Shown in pieces: positions 1-12,937 of a stretch of DNA of 64,000 nt. Position 1 is the stretch's first letter. Each line of letters opens with the position of its first letter. The stretch is from assembly GCA_964276515.1 (NCBI GenBank), contig OZ193910.1:8928001-8992000 (forward strand), written 5' to 3'. The position numbers and the translations under genes were made by a program. Under the pieces are notes generated by a model that made no database searches, had not been told where the DNA came from, and saw nothing but the letters and a program-made list of their open reading frames with translations. The DNA is from Gordius albopunctatus. Its lineage: Eukaryota.

Positions 1-619
1 CACCTCTCAAACCTTAACTCGAGGAATATGTGTCCGACTGCTTTAGAGGTTGGGCCAAAATCATATGATATTTTAAGTTGATAAAAATTTGTTTTGCACA
101 TATATAAAAAGAACTGAACAATTGATAAATGTTCATTACATTTTTTTACTTGTTGTGTCACTTCTTTAAATTTTTGGAATACAAATTTGTACTAAAATAT
201 TATTTTATATAATATTGGTAATTTACTGATAAAATAGATTATCTATTCGAAATTCAAATTTTCAAATTTGATCCATGAAGGAAATTTAAATTAAAGTGAA
301 GTACACAAACTAGACGTGTAATTTTAAAATTTAATTAAAAAAATTTTAATTTATAAAATAAAAAGTAACTGTAACTTTAGTTAAACAGTTACTGAAATAA
401 TGTAACTAACTACAGTTACAGTTACTCTGAAGTAAAAGTAACTGGTTAAAGTTACTTTACTGAGGAAAAGGAACTAGTCACTTAACAGCTCTGTATGGTA
501 TATATTATTAGCTAATATTGCTAATATATTAGTTTTAAAATGTCTCAGGTCTTATTTAATTTTTTGCAAATATTTAAAATTAATAATATACAACATAAAT
601 TCTATTCTAATCATAAATA

Positions 620-1740
620 TAACGAATTTGAATATAAATTTCTAATTTCCTGGCTTGGAGTATTGGCAGAATCAGTATTTGGAAATGATATTGACCCCTG
701 TAAAGGGTTGCAAAGTATGCAGGCTTCAAATATAATTTTCTCTGCTTTTTTAGGTCTAGTCCTAAATGCGCGTATTAAATATATCAAATTTGGCAGTTAG
801 TAAGCCAAAAGAGCATTCAACACGATTTCCCTAGATAATCTTTTATTGAATACAATTTTCTCATCATCCAATGTTCTCGAAGAATATGGTTTTGCAAAAA
901 GTTGGATAATTGAAATGCCTCATCTGCAATGAATACATACGGGTTATTATGGGTACCAGGAAAATAACTAGCCGAAGGTAAAATGTATCATCTCCTTGGA
1001 TTTTTTTGTATAATGAAGTTTGCTTCCAAACGCCACTATCACTTTGACGTCCCAATATACCAATATGAGCATAAATGAATTTTTATTTTGCATCCGTATT
1101 TGCCATGAAAATAATTGAATGCTATCCTTTTTTAGTTACAATATCTACTTCCTTCCCTATTTGGTTTCTTTATTCTTATGTGCTTAACATCTATTGCTCC
1201 TAAGGGAAGAAGAAAATTCCATCTGTCAAGATTCTCTTCAGATATCTGAATGAAAATATTATAATATAATGAATTATTATACTCTAATCCAATCTGACAT
1301 TGTTGGCTCAGGAATGTGAATTGACCATAAATTTATTATGACGTTACACTCCTTAAATTCTAAAACTAAAGGCTAATTGTATAAAATTGTCTCCCTTTAT
1401 TAAATACCCTAAGATTTCCCTAATTTTTCAATTGTATAAATGTCATTACCTTAATGTCAACATAAGTCTTTCTGCTGGAGTGGAGGTATAGAAAAACTTT
1501 GGATTTAGGGTACTCTATATCTTTAACAATTTTACTTAATAAATAATAGAACGTTGAAAGATGCATTCTAGTATATTAAAAAATTTCTGCTTACTACTAC
1601 CAATATCATCAAAAATGTGATTATATTTTCTAAATATATTACGTCTTTGATAAATTATGCTTTTCTTCTTTCTACTTCTTGTTTTTAATAAACGGCTGAG
1701 TAAAATTAATAATAAGATTCGAGTTTGAACTACATGAACT
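620..1740 (-). pseudogene. PIF/Harbinger-type DDE transposase remnant (HARBI1/DDE_Tnp_4-like)
   Basis: Minus-strand translation LGAIDVKHIRIKKPNREGSRYCN*KG*HSIIFMANTDAK*KFIYAHIGILGRQSDSGVWK, then RLSR..RVECSFGLL. These match the Harbinger motifs GAIDGKH, G..SD and RLSR..VE..FG. Several stops and frameshifts; boundaries approximate. Confidence 0.85.
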
Positions 1741-2165
1741 TAAATCTGATATATGAACAAAAGAGATATTAAGACATGCTCTAAGAAGGGTGTCAAGGGT
1801 GGTTTCTTTTTTCCTATAACTGTTTGTCAGACTAAATGGTTAAATGCTACCTTATGTATTTTCCCCCCTTTTAGGTCTTCGTACACCAAATTCGCTTAAA
1901 ATACTACCTAATTTATCCTTATGAATACTATGTATCCAATCAGCTCAGCCTTTCACTTTCGGAACAAGCCACTCTAACCTCCATAAAATCAATCAATGAT
2001 AAACATATCAAGATAAAAGAGCTTAGAGTAACACACCTGGCTTCAGAAATAATAAAAAATACTGCCCCGAAAGGAAAATATAGGCGGAGATAAACTAGTA
2101 GCAAGAAAAAACTTAATATTTTAATCAGATTGAAAACATCCTTACTTTATCTAATATATTAAAAG

Positions 2166-4952
2166 TAGTTGTGGAAAGAATGCGAATTACCTGCTGGAAT
2201 GTGGGAACGTTGACGGGGAAGAGCCCGGAGGTCGCACAGATGCTAAAAAGAATAAAGGTACACATTGCTGCCTACAAGAGACTAGGTGGAACGGAACCAA
2301 AGCCCTCGAATTAGGAGAAAGCTATAAACTATTCTACAGTGGGTCATCAAATCGTAGAAACGGGGTCGGTATCGTTATAGGCGAATCGTTCAAAGACAAG
2401 GTGGTCGAAGTCAAGCGTTGTTCCGACAGGTTAATGTGTGTGAAGATTGCAGATCAAGGGGGCCTCCTAACCTTTATGTGCGCGTATGCTCCCAAATTGG
2501 GTGTTTGGAATCAGAGAAACATATTATTCGATTCATTGGAAAAGGAAATACAAGGAATAAGACAGAAAGAAAGGCTAATTATTTGGGAAGATTTCAACGC
2601 TCACGGTGCGAAAGATCGCTTCGGGTATGAACGCAATCATGGAGGCTATGGGCATGGTCTGAAGAATAAAGAAGGGGAAAAACATCTCCAAGTATCCCAA
2701 GCATATGACATGGCGATTGTTAACACCTATTTTCAGAAACGCAAAGATCATATTGTGACCTATAGAAGTGGGAAGCATTTTAGTCAAATTGAATATTTGC
2801 TTATACGACGAAAGGACTTAGTAATACCGGGAGAAGAAATCGCCAGGCATCATCGTCTTCTTGTTATGGATCTTGACAGAAGAGTATTTCCCGAAAGAAT
2901 AAAGGTCTATGAACCTCGAATTCGATACGAAAGACTAAAGGATACGTCGACGAACAAAGAATACCATCAAAAAGCCTCTTCATTCTTGGGTTTAAGGAAG
3001 TTGCAAAGGGACGTAGACGAAGATTGGAAGACGCTATCTAAGGACATTAAGGAAACGGCGATTCCTGTTCTAAGACAGACCAAAGAAGGCAAAGCTATGA
3101 ATAGGGAACTATGGTGGTGGGATCAATTGGTTAAATATTTCATCGAAAGAAAGAAAAATCTATATAGACGGTGGCATAAATCAAAAAAGTCGGAGGATTA
3201 TCTAACGTGAAGACACGCAAAGAAGGCCGCAAAAAAAGGCCCTTGCAAAAGCGAAGAATGCCGCATACACCGAGATGGCAAACAAATTGGATCATAAAGG
3301 GGGCGATAGGTTTATGTACAAATTGGCCAAGATAAGGGAGAATAAAAGTCGCGATGTCGGAGTTCTTAAAATAGTCAAAAGCGAGAAGGGTCAAACCTTA
3401 TTCAAGCCGAAAGAAGTGATGGAAATGTGGAAAGGATATTTTAAGAAACTTATGAATATTGCAAATGACAAGGATTCCCTTCCCGAAATTGAGCCAAATA
3501 TAAGTATGGTCGAACTCTTTCAGGAGGATGAGTTTAGAATAGAAAAAACAAGGCTCAAAAAGGAAAGGTAAATGGCCCAGATGGAATACCTATGGAAGCA
3601 TTGCTCGGATGTCGTAAAGAAGGAGTCACCTCCATGATGAACCTTCTTAACAAGATATTGGTGGAAGAGCGAATTCCTAATCAATGGAGAGTAAGCACGA
3701 TTATACCCTTATTTAAAGACAAAGGAGACCCTCAGGACTGTGGCAATTACAGAGGTATCAAGCTAACTTCCCACTCCTTGAAGCTTATGGAAAGGATCTT
3801 AGTAACAAATCTTAAAAACGAGGTGGATATATCGGCTAATCAATTCGGATTTGTGGCCGGCAAATCCAAAATCGACCCAATCTTCGCACTAAGACAAATG
3901 ATGGATAAGTATGGTGAAAAGAGGAAAGGCCTACATATGGTTTTTATCGTCCCCTGCGATTCAATATGGTGGTGTCTGAGGAAACAAAATATCCCTGTCG
4001 CATATATACGGCTTATTAAAAATATTTATGAAGCTTCAAACTCTTGCGTTAGGACGACAGTTGGAGATTCTAATTTCGGGTTAATATTGGATTACATCAA
4101 GGCTCTGCTTTAAGTCCCTTTTGATTTAATATAATTATAGGCACGATAATGAGGGACATTCAAAAGCCATCGCCATGGTGTATGCTATATGCCGATGATA
4201 TAGTACTATGCGAGGAAAAAAAGGAGAAAGTATTCGAAGAAGCTGAAAAGTGGTGAAAGCGCTTAGCTGGATATGGTTTAAAGGTCAACGATCGAAAAAC
4301 GGTATACATGGAAATGAACGGTAAAGGCAATCCATCGCTAGATAACCATCTAAAGAACCCAAAAGTAGAAAGGTTTACTTACCTCGGCTCGATGCTACAT
4401 CAAGAGGGAGGTTGGGCAACGAAAGTCAATGCCTGGATCGAAAAAGAATGGCTTAAATTGTAGTGTGCGACAAGAAAATGCCAATATAGTTGAAGATCAA
4501 AGCTTACAAATCCATCGTAAGACCGGTGTTACTCTATGGAAGTAAAAAATGGGCATTAAAAACAACGGAAGAAAAGCTATTACAAGCCACAGAGATGAGA
4601 ATGTTACGATGGAGCTTGGGGTATACTAAGCTCGACTATATGACGAAGGACTTTCTCATGACAAAAATGGGTATTCAACCTATGGCGGACATGATTAACG
4701 AAAATCGGCTAAGGTGGTATGGTCATATACTAAGAAGGGACAACGGATGACGTAAATCGAAAAGTACTGGACATGGAGGTACCAAGGAAGAGAGGAAGAG
4801 GACGACTCCGTGTCACGTGGAAAGGGCAAGTCGATAAAGTTATGGAAACTAAAGAAATTAGTCAAGAAATGGCACTCACCCGGTCAAGATGGAAGAAACT
4901 TATCAAAACAAACCCCACCAATGTGGGACCAAATAACTGATAAAGAAGAAGA
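2166..4952 (+). mobile_element. RTE-clade non-LTR retrotransposon, near full length, inactivated
   Basis: APE endonuclease start (MRITCWNVGTLTGKS, QETRW, DFNAH). RT motifs [41 protein letters not shown] and RLRWYGH. 3' GAAGAAGAA tail and a possible AATATATTAA target duplication. Many frameshifts and stops; the DLEKA motif is deleted. Confidence 0.93.
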
Positions 4953-5367
4953 ATATATTAAGACTTTCCTTATTTATATAATGCCTCAAGCTAAAAACAT
5001 TAATTTTTATTTATAATTTATAAGTTTTAATACATTATATGTTTGCTTATATTTAGTGTCTTATAACAAAATAATGTATATTTACATATGTTAATGAGTT
5101 TAATATATTATAGGTTTCCATATATATAAAGCCTTAAATATACGGATGTTGCGAAATATATGTTAAGGCTTAAATAAAACTGCAATTATCTTTGTATAAA
5201 AGCTTTTGATAATTTAAAAATTTATAAAACGCCAAATTTTTATACCCTTACTTATTCTTATGTCTATATCCATATTATTTTCTATTTTTGAATTACAATT
5301 ATCACCATTTGTATCTAGTTTGTTAATAGATGAATCGTGCAGTAGTAATTTTGCTCATTTGTTATTT

Positions 5368-8300
5368 ATGAACCATAATAAAATTAACCTTACCTCTAGT
5401 GGAATTTCTAATGTAAGGGTAGTTTTTCATATTTCTCGTAAATTGCTCTTAACATTTAATTTAATTAATCTATATAACTATGAGCTTTCTTAATATCTGT
5501 TAAATTGTATTGTACCATATATATTCACTGTTGCCATATAATTACCATATTTAAGGTTCAAAATATATATGAAGAGCCTAAATGGAATTTTTCCTATTTT
5601 AAAAAGGTATTCCTTTTTTGTTTTATATATAAATCTCATAGGCCTTTAATATTCAAATTACTGAACTCTCAGATAATTTTATGGAATTTGATATAATAGG
5701 ATGTGATGCTTCATTGGTCAATTCTATAAGAAGATTGTTGATTGCAGAGGTTAAATATTTAGTAACTATTTTGTATTTTTTTATTTTACAGGTCCCAACA
5801 ATGGCTATTGAAAAAGTATTCCTATATAACAATACATCTGTTATTCAAGATGAAGTACTCTGCCATCGTTTAGGCTTGATTCCATTGAAAGCTGACCCCA
5901 GATTATTTTCTTTTAAATCTACAGGTGATAAAACTTTATATGTCAAAATGTTATTTGCATTTGCCTAAATTATAATAAAATTCCTTATATTTTCAACAAA
6001 TTTATATTGAAATATTTAAATAACACCCAATTTTTTTTTATAATATCATGAATATTTTTGTCCTTGCACTTCTTTTTTCATTAAACATATATCCAGTTTG
6101 TAAACAATTTTAAGCTTTTAAACCATTCATACCCATGTGTGTAGAGTCCTTCCTATAAAATCTGACCTTGAAAAATTTTAACACAAACTATCCCCATCCT
6201 AAAATTACTAAAAATATTATGCCTAATTAAAACCCAGCAGTTATAAGTGTTCTGCCATTCCACTATATTGGCATTTTAATTTTAAAGCATTTAATATTTA
6301 TTCTTCAATGTCAACATTCTTGCTACAAATGACTACCCTTTTTTACAACATTTGAATCATTGCTGCTTAGGTTTTAAATCTATTTTAGCTGCACAATTCA
6401 AAGCACCATTGGATGTTAAAGGGCCAAAATCACGCCCGGGGGCATTTTATAAATTTTACTATTTGTGAAAGTAATTGCGTTATTTACTCAAATTTTGGGG
6501 CATTCTATCGAAATAATTTAACCAAAGTTAAATTGCGGTTAAATAGATGGCGCTAATTAGAGTATACCCATAAACTAGATTGGTGATGGGAAAACCTGAG
6601 GTTTTGTAGACATAACCTAATAGGTTAGGCTTTTCAAAAAACCTTGATGTCTTTTAAAAACGCTAACCTCTGCCTCGAGGTTAGAGGTCAATATCAACCT
6701 AAACTCTTGACGTCAATATGTAAGGTTAAGTTAGAGCGTAAAATTAACCTAAATGCTCTTAGGTTAATCAATAGAGATAGCCTAAAGAAAGCTTTAGGTT
6801 AATTTAATTTACCCAATGTCAATATTCTTTTATATACTGTAAAATTTCAACTTAACTACGGTCTTTTAGCACTTTGTCTCCTTTATTTTTTACACATATA
6901 ATCAATAATAGAAATTTTAATTTTTAAGAAAAAATTGCGATTTAGGTTTTTAGCAGGGGTTTGTCCCGAACCGGGTAAAACCCGATGTTTTACAGAACCC
7001 AAACCCATTTTTAAAAATACCCTTAAAACCCGAATCCGAACTCGATGAATACAAAAAAGGGTTCGGGTTTTTAATTTAAAAATATATTGTGAATCGAATA
7101 TCTCAGTTTTCTCTATCATGACAATGTAACGAAACGAAAACCATACGATTTTAATTTCAATATTTTTATGTTTCTGGCATTTTTCATTCATTAATCAGTT
7201 CAGTACTAATTATCTCAAGAATTATTTGTATTATATATAATATATAATTGATATATATTAGTTATGGTATGGTTTTTAATTATAATAACAGTTTTTAAAA
7301 AGTTAATAATAACTCCATAAAAATTTGTAAATATTAAATTAAATCTACATATAATGATAAGTTTTTTTCTATTAAGTTAACTATTCAATAATTTTTTGAA
7401 GGTAAAAATTTATTATTAGTATAATATAATTTCTTGAACCCGAACGTAATTCCTTAAACCCGAACCCGGTTTTATTTTGGGCGGTTTCAAACCCCTGGTT
7501 TTTAATACCTACCTACCTCTATCGAGTGTTTTATTTTTAATTGCCACCATTTTTTAGCATATTCCTTTTGTGTGCAATGTAGCGTGACTGATAGTGGTTG
7601 TATTTTACAACAAATTATTTGCAAAATATTTTATTCATTTGCTAAGTATTCAAATAAATTGTGCCAAGTATGTTAATTATTCGCTCCATATTATCTGTTA
7701 TGCGTCGGATTAGCTAAAATATTGTATGGCTATTACTTATTAATGAAAGTTTGAAATACCGTTTCATTACAAGCCTAAAACATTGGGGGGGGGGAGGCAA
7801 AGTTTTATTGGTAATAATTTCGAAAATGTTTAATTTTTTATTTATAAACCTAGATTATATTTAAATACTTAGTATAATTTATTTAACAACTTAAAATTAA
7901 TTAAAAAACTTAGCGAACGAATTAAATACTTAGAAAATGATTAAAATACTTAGTAAATAATTTGTGGTGAAATACAACCACTATCATCACGTTACATTGC
8001 ACACAAAAGGAATATGACAAAATGGTGGCAATTAAAAATAAAACACTCGATAGAGGTTGGTATGTATTAAAAACCCAAATCCCAATTTTTCTTAAAAATT
8101 AAAGAATTAAAATAAATTTTAAAATTTCTGTTATTTATTATATATGTAAAAAATAAAGCAGACAAAGTGCTAAAAGGCCGTAGCTAAGTTGGAATTTTAA
8201 ACCATAGCAATTAATATTGACTTCACCTAAAGGTTTAGGCTATCTCTATTGACCAACTTAGGTTAATTTTGATAAGCTTGTAATTGACCTCGAGGTTTAA

Positions 8301-11227
8301 GGTTAATATTGACCTCGAGGCAGAGGTTAGAGTTTCTAAAAGACCTTAGAGGTTTTCAAGGAACCTCTAACTCAGCCTAAGGTTGGCTGACTCACGCCTA
8401 ACTTTTTCCCACCACTAGACTAGTTAGGTAGACTGTTCATGCCATATGTTGCATATGGTTAACTGTGTGTCAAATTTTCCTCCACTTTGAAGAGGGCAAC
8501 TGGTGTATTTTAACCCCATGTAATTTTGCCCTATAACAGTCAATTTACCTTCCTCACTTGTTTATAAATTAAAACGAACGTCAATAAATTAATATTACAC
8601 AAAATAGCAATTAATATTGATGGCGCCATATTATTAAACAAACTTTAATCGCATTTTTTACATTTTTATCTATTTTTTAAATGATATTTATTTTAAAATG
8701 CTGTTTTTGATATCTACCAAATTCAATATTTTTTATTTACCCTTTTAAGATTATTTAATTTGCGAAAATTACGATTTTCTATATGATCATATAGAAATGT
8801 GCCTTTCAAAATGGTGGAAAAAAGGATACACATTTTGTGCCTTGATGAGCAGTCTATCTAGTCTATGAGTATACCTTTAATTTAATTGCGGTACTTCTGA
8901 AAGATTATTATCAAAAACCGGAAATTTAATTAATTTCTAATAGCATAATAAGATTGTTGTTTTATTATTTGCTTATTGCAATATATTACTAATTGATTAA
9001 TCATTTTGACATTTCAATTTTGAAAGACATGATTGGTTTTAACTTTTTTTATTTTAGATGAGCCTGTTAGTGCAAATAATACTCTAGTATTTTCACTCAA
9101 TGTGAAATGTACAAATAATACTAATGAAGATATCAAAAATATAGATAAAAACAATAACTCTACCGGTAAATATTTTGTCTGTAATAAGTATATAACTTGC
9201 CATTTGATACCACCTGATAATATTTAGTTTATAGTGGGGACCTTGTATGGCAACCATGTGAAAATCAAGAAGAATTGTTCAAAGACACATATGTGGGCCC
9301 TGTTCAAAAAGATATTGTAATTGCTAAACTCAAGCCAGGTCAGGTAATAGATCTCAAAGTGCATGCTGTCAAGGGTATAGGAAGTGACCATGCAAAATTT
9401 TCGCCTATATGTAAGTTAAAACATATAAATTATAGCTTTTGGTTTTATATTAACAGTTTAACATCTTTTATGTTCTTGAGTTAATATTAATTAAACAAGT
9501 AAAAATTTATACATTTTAACTATTTAACCCGTGTTACACATGTAGACTTTTTAGATTTAGTAAATCTTTTCCTTAGTCAAGCTTGGGATTTTAATATGGG
9601 GGAGACCGGGGACTAAATAGCCATAAAGTACATTTTGAGAAAGAAGTGCTTATCGTTTTTCCATAAATTGAGTTTAAAAAAATCAAAAATCCTAGAAATT
9701 TTCAAAGTGCCTGGGGTTAGTTATAGCCCTGTTCGGGGGATATATTAACCCTGACGTTTTCACTTCACATTGATGTATGCTAACTCAAATCAATAAAAAA
9801 AACATAATATGATTGTATTTTATATGAACAAATAATAAAGAGTCAACATGACAATCTGACTTAAGTACACTTAAAAGACAGATTCTGCAATGGAAAAAAA
9901 CGTTTAGTCGTTTTTTAAAGTATAATAAGAGTCTATTTCTATTCCAAATTACACTAAGTTTGATTATTAATAATTTAAAATGTTATTTTGCGAATAAAAA
10001 CTTAATCATTAGACCGTTTTTATATTAGAAATATCTCTTTATAAGATAAAATTTAAATTAGTCCAAAATATAGAGCCAAAAAAATTTTAGGTGCAAAATA
10101 CAAAATTTTGTCAAGGCTAATAATAGCCCCAAAAAATCATTTTTCTTCTATAAAAATTTTAAATTTTATTTTTCCTAAACAAAATTTTTTATACTTATAC
10201 CTTATAGAAAAATACACATATGGTTAAAATTCTAATTATATATCATTATTATTTAAAAAAATGATTAGAAAGATAATAGTAACCCCGGGCTACGACTAGT
10301 CCCGGTCTCCCCTTTATAACCACTTTTATATGCATTTGAAATCAATTCTCTTTCCATCAATTATAACTTTGGTTTGTCCTTAATAAAAAAATTATGAGCT
10401 TTTTCTTTAGCTTATTAAGTTATCGTAAAAATCTCAGTACCAACTCTCTAATAGATAAGTTTAGATTTATATTCTGTTAAATATAAGGATCAGCTTATTT
10501 AATCCAGTTATATTTATTTCAAAGGAAACACGGATAGAAACGTAATATTTTAAAACCTAAACTAATAAATGAGAACTATTTTTTAATACAAATTAATAAA
10601 AGAAAGCATGTTTCCAGACATTATTTTTTGATAACAAAAATATTATTTAGTGATTCTTTTTAAAATATTTGTGCCCTTTATATATAATTTTACTTTTATT
10701 TAATCTAGTTTAGATAAAATTAAAAAACATAGGATTTTAATTATTTTTCTATTTTTTCTGATATATTTTTATTTTTGCAACAATGTTTTATTATCTAGGT
10801 ACCGCTTTTTATCGTTTATTACCCGAAATAATCCTAAAAAAAGACGTTTATAACGACGATGCTTTAAGCTTGCAAAAATGTTTTTCACAGGGAGTTATAG
10901 AATTGAAGGATGAAAATGGTGAGTTTTATATTATATATGACTACATTTTTAATCTAGGTAATAAGAAAGCATTCGTCAAAAATTCCCGCCTTGACCAATG
11001 TAGTCGCAATGTATTTCGGCATAATGAGCTAAAAGATGCTGTTGAACTTAACAAAATTCGAGATCACTATATATGTAAGTGTACAAGTCTTTATAAGATA
11101 TACTTTTTTAGTTAGCATAGATTCTACAGGAGCCTTAACTCCGTCAGATTTATTTGAAGAAGCTGTAAAAATAATGATTAATAAATGTAAACATTTTTTA
11201 AAACAAATCAACAGTGTATACGAATAA
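5368..11227 (+). CDS. POLR1C: RNA polymerases I and III subunit RPAC1 (AC40), 9 exons
   Basis: Exons 5368-5412, 5556-5606, 5642-5749, 5792-5924, 9058-9165, 9228-9410, 10799-10918, 10958-11074 and 11112-11227 splice in frame with GT-AG introns. Motifs: [65 protein letters not shown]. Confidence 0.95.
6581..8417. mobile_element. Long fold-back non-autonomous hAT-like element (middle layer)
   Basis: Termini TGGTGATGGGAAAA / TTTTCCCACCACTA with a degenerate 8-bp TSD AACTAGAT/GACTAGTT. The arms 6581-6953 + 7498-7620 and about 7955-8417 are diverged reverse complements. Confidence 0.8.
6954..7497. mobile_element. hAT-like MITE (inner layer)
   Basis: TIR CAGGGGTTT...AAACCCCTG, TSD GTTTTTAG/GTTTTTAA and subterminal AACCCGAA repeats. 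It is absent from the opposite arm of the host element. Confidence 0.85.
9597..10313. mobile_element. MITE in POLR1C intron 6
   Basis: TIRs GGGGAGACCGGGGACTA...TAGTCCCGGTCTCCCC in TA-rich flanks. Confidence 0.8.
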
Positions 11228-12735
11228 CATATATTTATCAAATGCCATTAAAAACATTGAATAAAATATAATTTGGTCAAATATGATTCGATCAAAATTT
11301 ACGAGAAATTTGTATACGTAACAGTTTCAATACCAAGAATAGTTGTTATTTTTTTTAAATCTACGCTTTTGAAACAAACGCCCACTACTCCATTGAGGAC
11401 CTCGACGATTACACAGAAGTTTATGCTGTCTCCATTTTATTAATAAATATACAACAGCCCAAAAATGTGCGGTAAAGTGGTAGCGAGTATGTGAAGCAAA
11501 ACAACGAGAATTACACGTTTAAAATCGGGTATTGGAATATAATATTGAATTTCTACTTTTTTATGTTGCAACCTGGCAAGCCAATTGTTGTTCTAGGAGG
11601 CCGTCGATTCGTTGAGCTCTTCTGCGACGCTAACATTATTAGCTTTACCATGTATTCATAGTTGCAAAAAAGTCCTTAGTGTAGTTTGCAATAATCTCGT
11701 CCTTTGGGACTCATCTGAGCCCGTTTTTTATCTCCAGCACTTGTTCCAACTCTAGCGTCAAGCATATTTTTGTAGGAGCACCTTATAATTGGGGCTCGTC
11801 TCGGTCTTGTCTCCACAAAAAATCTCCACGTGTCTCGACTTAAATTTCTTATACTATCGCATCATTTTTTCCCCTAATTTATTTAAATTATTTATAAATA
11901 AAAAAATAAAAATTGCTAACACTTTTAAAAACCTTACATGTCATTTCGAACCAGTAATGCCTTTGGATAAATAATTTAAGACAATGTTTTGGCGCTCTGA
12001 TATAACCGTGTTCAAAGAAATTGCAGGCTAAGTCATTAGTTTCTCACATTACAACGTTGTAAAAACATCAATTTTAGGATTACTGTTGGAGAGGAAATTT
12101 AAGGTGTTTAAGCAATTGTACATATTAACAAATAATTTTTCATTTAAGAATTAAACGATTCCATTATAATGTAATACCCCATTTTATCTACCTAAATTTA
12201 TCCTTGATCCATTAAAACAGTATAGCCAAAATATTTTGCTTTATTAATAAAGCTATTCTCATATATTTTAGTGTATTGCAAAACACTGAAAATTCGTCAC
12301 CTGTCAACCCTACATTTATATTGTGAAATCTATGTGTAATGTGATTTAAAGTTTGAATATTTTAGAGGTGTACCATGAGTTCGAGCATGGTAGACACATA
12401 ATTTAATCTAATGCTTTTGGAGGCGATCGTTTGGCAGACACAGAAGTCATGGGGATGCTTAAAAATGTTTTTAAGCAAATAGCTTTACAAATTAATAAAA
12501 ATTTGTCTTATGTCCCCATCCTTATTTAAACTTAACCTTAATTTATATAAAAACTCATTGGCATATTTATACGATATTTTTATCATTGGAATTATTAGTT
12601 GCGTTTGTATAATCATCCAATTATTTCTACCACAAAATTTGAAATTATATCGAGATTAAATTTTTTTTGCAAATCTAAGATGTGTTTGTAGACAAATAGT
12701 GTTTCATTTAAAAGTTAAATTTTATGAGTTGTATG

Positions 12736-12937
12736 TAGAGTTGTTATATTGCTAACTTTCTTCAACTCCAGCTACCATCTGCTCGAGTTTCTGCTCGGCC
12801 CTCGAGCATTTTTATATGCTACTGCTCTGCCTAGTGCACCAAAAGCGAGCACATATTGTGCTAACGCGCATATTAAGCAACTCAGTGTGCCTGCTCGCGT
12901 CTGGAGTTTGAAGAAAGTTAGCAATTTAACAACTCTA
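12736..12937. mobile_element. About 200-bp hAT-like MITE, copy 1
   Basis: About 30-bp TIR TAGAGTTGTTA..TTGCTAACTTTCTTCAA with TSD GTTGTATG/GTAGTATG. Near-identical inverted copy at 33044-33246. Confidence 0.88.

Larger units (their letters stand above)
6569..8867. mobile_element. CATAGACTAG-ended MITE (outer layer of the nest in POLR1C intron 4)
   Basis: Termini CATAAACTAG...CTAGTCTATG with a perfect 8-bp TSD AGTATACC. Body 8418-8867 is an inverted copy of 57381-57818. Confidence 0.85.

Noticed and set aside
5607..5641. U12-type intron (GTATTCCTTT donor)
   Set aside because: Does not match GTATCCTT and has no U12 branch site; I saw no AT-AC introns among those traced.
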